The notes under the pieces are model-generated. The model was not told where the DNA came from, searched no databases, and worked only from the letters and a program-made list of their open reading frames with translations. The translations under genes and the position numbers were made by a program. A stretch of DNA of 64,000 bases from Trichoplax adhaerens. Its lineage: Eukaryota > Animalia > Placozoa. Below, in pieces: positions 42,795 through 53,313 of the stretch (the stretch's first letter is position 1; every line of letters starts with the position of its first letter). Location: positions 2,437,454 to 2,501,453 of the forward strand of contig NW_002060946.1 of the NCBI RefSeq assembly GCF_000150275.1, in the 5' to 3' direction.

Positions 42795-43775
42795 AATGTA
42801 CAGTACAGTACTGTACTGTACACTTGTACTGTACATTAATCGAGTAGGAATGAAAAGCATTTAGAGAAGTACAGTACAGTACAGTACAGTACAGCATGTA
42901 ACATAATTACAGCATTTTATTGTTGTACTAATACATAAATTATATTATTATTTATCAATCTTAATCATTGGAATAATTTTTCGATAACAGTGTTAACATG
43001 TTGTTAAAGTAATGAATGATTGCGATTTAATACGTAAAAGGTATATTGTACTGTATAATTATCTCGGAACCTCAAAGACAGATGAATGCATCACTGTGGT
43101 TATTACTAACATGAGTCACAGACTAGCAAATACAATAGCAACAAGTTAGTAAGTCAATCAAGAAATATGACATCAAAAATGGATTCTATTTGTAAAGTCT
43201 TGTTGTAAAAAGGTGTTTTTCAAAACACAATTTTTGGCGCCAATGGCCTCCCGCTGTCTACAGATTGTGAAAAACTATTTTGATGAATCAGATTGACAAT
43301 AATATTTTGTGCTGTACTGTACTGTACTGTACAGTACTTCACACTCAGTAACATACAGTACAGTACAGTACTCTACTGTACAGTACAGTACTGTAATTCG
43401 AACAGGTTCACACTGTACTGTACGCTGTACTGTACAGTACAGTGTACAGTATGTACAGTACGGTAGTTAATAAAAAGAGTACTGTACTGCACACTGTACA
43501 GTACAGTACAAGCGGTTTTTCTGGTTTACGATTCTGTCCATCTGAACCTTTCTCACCCACACTCCCACAGTGTACAGTACTGTACACTGTATAGTACTGT
43601 ACAGTATCCAAAAAATTTTTTACTTTTGTAATACTGTACAGTACAGTATTAGTTGTAATGATCAGGCATACAGTACAGTACTGTATAGTACAATAATGTA
43701 ATGTTCAGTACGTGCGTCATTAATGTACTGTACTGTACAAAAGAGTGATGAATATGAATGGTACTGTACTGTATC
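42795..43775. repeat. Clustered (CAGTA)n/(TACTG)n pentamer microsatellite arrays in both orientations
   Basis: Examples: gtacagtacagtactgtactgtac (42799), (agtac)5 at 42868, and dense arrays over 43310-43690. Confidence 0.85.
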
Positions 43776-43889
43776 TCTTAATAAATCCTTTCAAAGTTAG
43801 ATTCCATTTTTGATACCGGAACTGATGCGCATGATACGCAGAAACTACAAACTACGGTAATCAATGGGAGGAGTTGAGTACCTGCAGAC

Positions 43890-44077
43890 TCTGTATATAA
43901 ATAAGACACGCTCCCATTCTTTGTCGTCAGTCTTTGTACATGACCTTACTGTATCTTCTGCGATCGTCTGATCGTTTCAGCTGACGACTCGTGGTTCAAA
44001 GGTTGCTTTCCTTTTAGGAAGATATTATTTGTGAAATTGGCGCTCAAAGAATTATTCCCAAATTTCATTTACTTGAG
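43890..44077 (+). promoter_or_regulatory. Putative TATA-Inr core promoter and non-coding first exon (43929-44077) of CNT paralogue C
   Basis: TATATAAATA at 43894, TCAGT initiator at 43927-43931, donor GAG|GTAAAG at 44078, and acceptor ctattag ending at 48600, eight nt before ATG 48609. Confidence 0.6.
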
Positions 44078-47000
44078 GTAAAGTGTTTGATGTTAGACAT
44101 AAATACAGTATGTTGCCATCTTACTAGGTACATCATGTCCGATGATAGCTAGTAGATGCGCTAGCAATAAGATTGCTTCACGAAGAGGTTAATAATTAAT
44201 TATTGATTGTTTGTATAGTTTATCATTTCCACTTATAACAACGTCTTACAATTTTTGCGCTGACTAAATATATGGCGGAGCATTGCTTGCTACGCTTGTA
44301 TTAATCAGCCTTGTATAGCTGAAAGATTCATAGTAGCATAGGCAAATAGTTCATTCTCATCCTTGACTAAATCTCACTCGATGTTGATTCTTAAAAACTT
44401 TTTAGTGTGTTCTACTACTGCACTAACCAGTGTTAAAATAGTAGTTATAATAAGCAATTAAACAAAATTGAAGGGAATATTATTTTTTTACAGTGTACTG
44501 TAGTTTTATCACGCAACTTTCGGTTACTGTATATTAAGGGGACGTATTTTCTATAGCATCTGGAAAGCTACTACTCGACTTGTCATAATTTCATATGCTT
44601 TGTTACTTTACTTTAACATATGAGTATACCATAGATTTTGCTGGTTTATAGCGGTTGTCATATCAATTACCGTAGATTCTACATACTGTATTGTATTAAG
44701 ATAAAGAATACTGTTTAGCAAATGTCGTCTGTAGTAATGTTGTACAGTAAACGTACAGTAAAATCGATGGTACAACTGTACTTTTTTGCTTTGCTTTCTA
44801 CAAATGTAGAAATTCTTTAAGAGAATGTACATTTTAGAAATGCGGTAATTTCCGGTGCCAATGAGTACGTACTAACGATATAAGTGTAAACCGTTAAAAT
44901 AATTCCAAATTAAAACTCATGGTGATTAATTTCGTTGTACGAGTTCTACTGAGGTAGTTAGTATTGCACTCGCTTTAATGCTTCCATTTTATTTTATTGG
45001 GATTTGAAATTCGATGGCTTAAGGTTAATATTGAACTTTGGTGTTCAGTCCACATGGGGACATACCGTAGTAGACATTGCTGTACCTACAGTATACACGT
45101 GCTTACGGTAGAGTATATTGTCGTACAGTATTTTTATGTTGTTGATCATTAGACGTTTTGAAACTTTAAAATACTCCACGATATACAGTCTTTATGATGT
45201 TTATCCGTAGTTTAAGGTTATTGATTCTCATGACAACCGAAGTTTTACGGTATGATAAGCGCACTCAAACGTGCTACTTTGTCGAGAGCGTTGATTTATG
45301 AAATATGTTTAGAAGTAAAAGCTGTTCTCTTTCTACAGTATACTAATTGTTTGGATTGGAATGTACTGTACCAGTGTACCCTATACAGTAGTACTAGAGC
45401 CTAGAGAAGTTAAAAATTTATCTTTATCGAACTGTACATACAGGTTTTGGTTTTTTTTTTTACGCAGTAATACAGTATTACACATTAACTCAGTAAGCCC
45501 AGTCTAATTTAATAGTGTTGAATGGGAAGATTGTTTTTACCGGAACGAAAATAGTAAAGGAGAAAATGAAAAATATTTCATGTTTTTGAACAAAGACTGT
45601 AGTACCATGGTGGTACCAGTACGGCACTTTACGTTTCACTCGCGTGCAGATTGTGTTTACGTGACTTCTGTCTTTTTTACTAAGAATAACTTCAATACAG
45701 TACAGTCCGATACTATACAGTGTACAGTACCGGTATCAGTTTGCCGGCAGGACAGTTCAGACAGCTAGCGGGCGGTACAGTTAAGATGAATAAGTTTATT
45801 GCTATGCAGTTTACTATTCGCTGCTGTGTTGACGGTTCGGTACCTTTTATCTTGAGTCTCATAATACGATTACCAAACAATGCAAGTTATTGTTGTTGAA
45901 ATGGATTTGGGGGTGTAGCCGTGTACACTTTTTATTTTTATGGGCGCTGAAAAAGAATCTGCTTCATAAAATATACCAATATATATATATAATATATAAT
46001 CTGCTTAATAAAATATAGATATATGTGCAATACTGGTATATTCCACGGGCATTGTCATGTATATATACTGTATATTACTGTATGTTCGTTCTCTTTTCTT
46101 TTCTTTTCTTTTAATCATACTACAGTATTCAAGTATGTATTGAGAGAATTGTAATAAATGAGAGGGTTTTTAGCTTAGTAAATATAAAAAACTATGACTA
46201 CTTTCAGTATACAGTATTGTACTGTACCAGTGAAATAGCCTATTTGTATAGACCGTACCGGGACCAGGATTAGACTCTTTTTCAGATTGGGCGGGAAGAA
46301 TGTTTAGTTTTAGATTCAATATCTACCTGCATGAACATATTTATACAAACGTAGTAGTGAATCATAGCAAATTAGTTGAAATAGATTTACGATTAGTAGT
46401 CTACAGCTATTGCCAGAAAATTGAAATTTTGAATGATAGCGTACTGTATGTACTCAATTTTTTAGGCATTTTTAATATTGCAGAAAGTAATACTGCACTC
46501 AAGAAAAGATGCGTGGAGATGCTAGTATCTAGCAGACTGGCACCATAGGGTTATACATACTGTGTTTACTGTGTAAAACTTTGTTGATGTACTCTAGAGT
46601 AGAAATATGAACATAATTTGAGTAAACGTAGACTTCCAGTCCTACAGTATGACCATAATGGACTGCATTAAGACTCTAACGTTCAGCGTCTATTGTGGTG
46701 TTATTGTTGATGATTGCTATTGTTATTCATTATCTTACTTGGATAAGAGTATGCAAGGAATGTTGACATAACGTACAGTACAGTACAACGAAGGGATTAG
46801 AATTAAATATTTTTCATTGCAGAAAAGTTGGATCATACGGTAGTACTCAGCTAAGAGCTTTGAACTTAACCTTAATTATAATGTACACTTGTTGAAAATG
46901 CTGCTAAAATCTCACCGTATTGATTGCAAATGTCATCAGTGATTATCGTAATGCACAGATTTTGCGAATGAGAATTACTGGAATGATGGGTGATTTTAAC

Positions 47001-48608
47001 ATTACAAGACTGATTATTATGCATTCATGTAAACTATCAATGATTTCGGGTCTTGCATATAGAAAACATTTTTGACATAGGCACTAAGGGTGATATGAAT
47101 GAATGAACTAGAGTTACCTGGTATAAAGTACAGGCAGAAGAGTTTCAATGAGCGTTAATTGAAGGAAATTTTAAAATTTTATCCCATTTATTTTATCACG
47201 ACTTGCTGATGCGTATATAGACACAATCCTAGCAGTCTTTCCGTTAAACTTATTAACAAAGTTATTCTAGTATGTTTAATTTTTAAACATGGGTAATGTC
47301 ATAATTATCAATTTTCGATAGAGTTGAAACATATTTTCCTATTCAGGCGATCTCAGATAATAGTGTTGATGCTGCAGCAGCCTTTATGTCGCAATATGTT
47401 CACCGTAATGTAGGAATATCCAGAGATTTACGATCTCTATTTCGAGATTGTTTATATCCACAACCAGTGAATACATTGTCGCGGTAATTTATTGGAGTAA
47501 ATACTGCAACTAACTACAGGAATACTTCATCGATCTTAGCATTGTCTTAACTGTTGGCATGTGCATGATCGCAGTACCGTATCCTCCCATATCATGCGAC
47601 CATATGGCAAGGTACAGTACTGTATGTATTCAACCCATTGTGATTGGGCGGAATGTCAAAACTTACTAAAGATAGCAATTACTGTAATTATAATTATAGT
47701 TTAATGGATAGGAGGGGTTGGGCTTGCCGTATTTAGGTAGGCTAAATGTTCCGTAGGAAAACAAGGATTATGATCTTTCATTGATAATTAAAGACTTAAA
47801 CTTGATTTGTTAATGTACGATCCTACTTACTATGTATTAGTACTAGTAGGGAATGCTAAGAGAACGCTTTTAATAAAGGTACTATACAATAGCATTATTC
47901 ACCTGTTGCCAGATCATTTACGAGAAATTACAGAGGAGTACGACAACTTGGTCTTTGTACCCTGGTTAGCTTTTGTGATTAATTATGATTGCTTATTTTT
48001 ATACTACTGAAGTATTTAAATACAATCGGGGATTCCAAGTTAAAGTAGCTGTATGTATAGAAGTTTAGAGTATGTGATAACACTCCGTCTTTAAGATGGC
48101 AGCATTGCAGTGGGTTGTTTCTTTGTTGTTATATTTTTAACTATTAACATTGCTGCAATACAAGTATGTGTATTTTTTTTGTTGGCAATGAACCGATGTT
48201 GTGTTGACATCTGCATTACGATTCAAAGTGTTTTTAAAAAATGTCAACAATTGTCGATGCTCGTTAAATAGATACTATAATATTTAGGACGTTCCAATAA
48301 CCAAATATAGCATTGCTATATCTACACCGCCCTTACCGTGACTCTCAACATTTATCGATACCTGATAGAGTCCTTTGCATTGTTTCGACTTGAAAATTTT
48401 TATGTTTTCTACGGCAGGCGTGGAATATCGATACTGTCAAATTTTATAATCTGTTAATTTAACTACGATTTTAGTTTGGTAATATCTACGATTTTCTGAT
48501 TAGATTCTCTTTATTGTACAAACATATATACAGTATCTTATTGACATATTCGTAAAGTTATCAGCACCTGACTTCATATGATTATAATAATATCTATTAG
48601 GCTTGAAT

Positions 48609-51391
48609 ATGTCGTCAAATCATCTCGATTTCGATAAGAAAGATCAGGAACATCGGTCTTCCAATACTTCAATTCATTCGCATCACAGCAATAATTCTAG
48701 GCGCCCATCTGCACATTCAACCAATTCCAAGTTGACAGATGCTGCACGACATCGTTCGATGGAGTCTGTACACTCGATAGCAGAGGGGAAAAATTCAAGA
48801 CGCTCATCAGTTGTTATGTTACCCAGTTACGATCGTATCGATGAAGTACGCCGCCCGTCGACTTCTTCTAATGCATCAAAAGTATCTTCGATGCATGGCA
48901 AATCTGTAAGTTCTGAAGCTGTCCACTAGATTTAATTGATTTTGTACAGTACTACTGTATAGTTTTACACGTGACTCACTCGAACATTACTATTTCAGAC
49001 CGTTGCTTCTTTGCAAGGTGACAAAGTTTCTGTGGAATGCATTCCGGAAGCTATCGTTGTTGCTGGGAATGGTGAGGAGCAAATGAGTAATAGCCGGAGG
49101 GGATTGTTTGGCAAAGTTAAGAATTGGTCTAAGGCGAACGGACATACTAATGTAGAGCAAGATGGAAAACCATCACCCTGCGAAGAATTCTATAATAAGC
49201 ATCAAAAAGTCATTCGCATCAACTTTTATCTATTACTAATTGGCGCATTTTTTGCCTTCCTTATCGCTGGATTAATCCTGAATTTTCCGAAAACGTTGCC
49301 ATTACTTATTATTACGGTAACCGTAATTGGTTATCTGATATACGCGTATATCCGCGATAACTATGGTGGTGCGATTTACAATGCCGTCTTTAAACCTATC
49401 TTGAATTTTGTAGACGAGAAGTGGTGGATATTGAAATGGTTAGTTTATTATAGAATGACTTTTTATGTAAAACTGCTAACTATAACTTGACATTTACTGA
49501 ATTTAATAGGTTGGTATATTTGGGCATTCTCGCCTTTCTGGTGTTTTGGCTGATATTCGATACAGGACGTCAACCTGAGCGCCTGATTTCCTTTGCCGGT
49601 CTTGTTATGTATGTTTTACTTTGCTACATCTTTTCCAAAAATCGACAAAAGGTTAGTACTGTTTATATCGTTGATAGTAAGTTATTTGTCATGAACTTCA
49701 TTAATTGATTATACGATATTAAAATACTGCATCTATCTGATCAATTCTCGTAAGTTTTAATGTACATTATTGCATTTTTGTTAACAAGGTTTACTGGCGT
49801 CAAGTATTGTGGGGTATTGGATTGCAATTTATTCTTGGCATCTTAATCCTTCGTACGCATGCTGGGTACACAGTTTTCAATTTTATTGGTAGTCAGGTTG
49901 AAGCGTTTCTTTCATATACATTTGCTGGTGCTGCATTCGTTTTTGGCGAGAAGACATTTACAAACCACTACTTCGCTTTCGCTGTAAGTTTGCACTATAA
50001 TTACTCATATCTGTATTCACATGTAAAATAACGTGAACTGGTAAAGAGTGATGCTTAATTCTATATTTGACATATTCGATAGGTTCTTCCGATTGTGGTT
50101 TTCTTTAGCGCCACCATCGCTGTTCTATATTATCTCGGTGTCATGAAATGGATTATTACAAGGATAGCTTGGCTTATGCAAATAACGATGAAGACTTCAG
50201 CAACAGAATCACTAAACGCTGCTGGAAATATCTTTATAGGACAAACGGAGGCGCCATTGCTGATCCGACCTTTCATACAATATATGACAGTCTCAGAACT
50301 TCACGCTGTTATGACTGGCGGTATGGCAACTATTGCGGGGAGTGTATTGGGTGCCTTTATTGCCTTTGGTGTTCCAGCCGCTCATTTATTAACTGCATCG
50401 GTGATGTCGGCACCAGCTGCTTTAGCAATTTCAAAATTAATGTATCCTGAGTTAGAGAAAGACATCGAGAACCTAGATGGAGATTTAGATATTAATATTG
50501 CCGATAGGTTTGTGAATGGTCGCTGATATTGTATTAATTATTATTTAAAAGTAATAGCGTTACTATTATCGTAACAATTTCTTTACTTTTTTAATGATAG
50601 CACTGAAGGAAACATAATTGAAGCGGCTTCTGGTGGTGCATCTGCTTCTATTCCTCTTGTTGCAAACATCGCTGCAAATATAATAGCATTTTTGTCTGCT
50701 CTTAAATTCTTGAATGCTGTATTAGGGTGGCTCGGTGCTATGGTTAATTATCCTCAATTAAGCTTTGAAATTATTTGCTCCTACGTCTTTATGCCTTTTG
50801 CTTTCATGATGGGCGTAGAATGGAAAGACGCTCATCGTGTGGCGGAGCTGATTGGAATGAAGACATTCCTAAACGAATTTATTGCTTATGATGCTTTATC
50901 TAAGCTGATTAAGAACAGGCTGCAATGTGAAGGTCCTTATATGAGTGTAAGTAAAAAATCCAGTTGTATAATACTTTTTATGTATATTTACTGATATTTA
51001 CTTATGCTAAATTCTGTAGCTTCGATCGGAAGTGATTGCTACTTATGCCTGTTGCGGATTTTCCAATATTGGCTCAATTGGAATCTTATTGGGAGGCTTA
51101 ACTCCCATGGCACCCAACAGACGTGGGGATCTTGCTCGTATTGCGGTTAGAGCCCTTATTTCGGCAACCATCGCCTGCTTTATGACTGCTTGTTTGGCAG
51201 GTAAGAACTTCAGTTGTTGATGTTGAGACTTTGTGAATATTCTTACGAGAATCTTTATCCCTTTAGGCATTTTATATCAGCCTTCAGAAGGGGAATTGCG
51301 TCACAACTGCACTGCAATCTTATTAATGAATTCTACAATGAATGCAACTACAATTGAACTGACCACGGTTCCTGGAACCAGCACTAATTAA
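48609..51391 (+). CDS. SLC28A3: SLC28 cotransporter paralogue C, 716 aa. Exons 48609-48905, 48999-49438, 49510-49651, 49789-49983, 50083-50507, 50601-50946, 51020-51200, 51267-51391
   Basis: Motifs [73 protein letters not shown]. Exons sum to 2151 nt in frame. Confidence 0.95.
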
Positions 51392-53313
51392 ATGTTATGC
51401 AACAGCGTTACTGATTGATAAATTTTTGTTTGCATACACTTGAAGTCGTGATTATAATATTATCGTAAATAATTTAATCGTCCTTTCGACTTCTTTATCG
51501 CCATCATGGCTAACTATCTCCTGACTTAAGTTATTTATATACCTATTGAGTGAAGTATGCAATATATGAATGATCTACAGTAAGATCTCTCTAAACGAAT
51601 CTGTTATTTAGTGTATTTATAGTATGAATTTTTATCTTGTTAGAGCTTGAACAGCTTTGTCTCTTCGGTTTATTCACTAATCGCATCATTGTTTGGGTAG
51701 ATTTTTTCAATAAATCAAGACTAAGAGCTTGTGATATGTACTCGAATATTGCCAGTATCACGATATTGTTTATTTAATCGTTGCTGTAATCTTCGTATAT
51801 TTGGAGACGATATATTACTTTATTAGTCATTATTTAATGATATTTCAAGATGTTGGCAAAGTAATAACTGCCTGGGCATGTACTATCATCATAGAATAGA
51901 TAGTCATGAAATAGAATTATTTCTGTATTATTGTTAAATAGCTGATAAGCCGTTAGAATCACAATTGATTAATATCAATTTACAAAATAAGAAATACAAG
52001 TTTGCATGTTTGCTTGCTGCTGCTGCTTCTTAGTATGTCAGAAGTATACATGCAACTAGATTAACATATACTCGTGTTAATTCATAAGTATCCTACTTAG
52101 GATATCAGAGGATACACGCGCGAGGCTGAGTAATATTTTATCAAGAATAACCACTATCCTCGTTGACTGACTGATCAATCATAATTATTATGAAAGTAAA
52201 GACTCGCTAAAATTGTCAATATCAATAACCATACTCTGTAAAACTTTTATTCATGCTAATCAATGCCATGCAATATCTTGTACAATATAAATATACTCTG
52301 TAAAACTTTTAATGCTCGTATACCGATCAATTTTTTAATTTGCTGATAAAATTTGAAATTCGAATTAATAAATTATGTAATTAAGATCTATTAAAATAAT
52401 TGAATATATTGCTTCTGTCCATTCTCGTTTCAACATTCAATGATATAAGTTAATTACGCAGACGCATATCACATTAGTCATTATTTTTGTTAACTTTTAG
52501 TTTTTTCATTCAGTGGTAACATACAGTTTCTTATACCTCTTCAAATGACAATATATACTATTCGATCAAGAAGATGAAATTTAACATTGTTACAATACTA
52601 GAAACACTCATACAGTATTTAGAAAGTACTTGATGCGTATGATTAGTTGATTTAGAATTTTTAACGATAGCAAAACGTAATTCAATCCAGCAGATAGTAT
52701 TTACTTTGCAAATTGAATCCTAGTATTGCATTTCGACATTGAATGATTGCAGTCTTAAAAGTAAACCAAGCGAGCTGCATCACGGCTGTTTATTTTCTTA
52801 AGTATACACAGTGTATAGTGTACGCGTATGTCGTGTTGGTGAGGGGTAAGTTTACGGCGGACGTACTACAGTACTGTATATAATGTGAGTATAATATAAC
52901 CGGTCAAGTCTTAGCATTGGAGAACGTTTTATATAGATGAAATTAATGTTCGACTCCTATTAGAATTGGAAGTAGCTCTAACCGAAAAGTGATTACAAAA
53001 AGTTTTATTGTTTTGTTAACAAAAAGATATGAAATATTAGTAAACACTACACAGAGATCGGTATGTGATTGTATCCAATCTTAATTTTCTAAAATAAGAA
53101 TTAATAATACCTATAGTATTGCGACAATCGTCTATTCTGATAGTTGTTGATTTTATGTTGCTTCGTACCAAATGAATATTGAAGTTCGTTTTATAATACT
53201 GAGCTAGAAACAGGTAATTTATTATTAAAGATCCATCAGTACCTTGCTAACATACAATATTTGATATAATGTAGATTATCCATGTGGATATTTTAATATA
53301 TATTGATATCGAA

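Noticed and set aside
43408-43611. 67-aa ORF rich in TVLY/STV (similarly 63153-63353)
   Set aside because: It is a translation of the TACTG/CAGTA microsatellite.
36200-48500. Additional protein-coding gene between CNT-B and CNT-C
   Set aside because: The short ORFs have AT-driven composition and no recognisable motifs, and I could not build a consistent exon chain. A gene with very small exons cannot be excluded.
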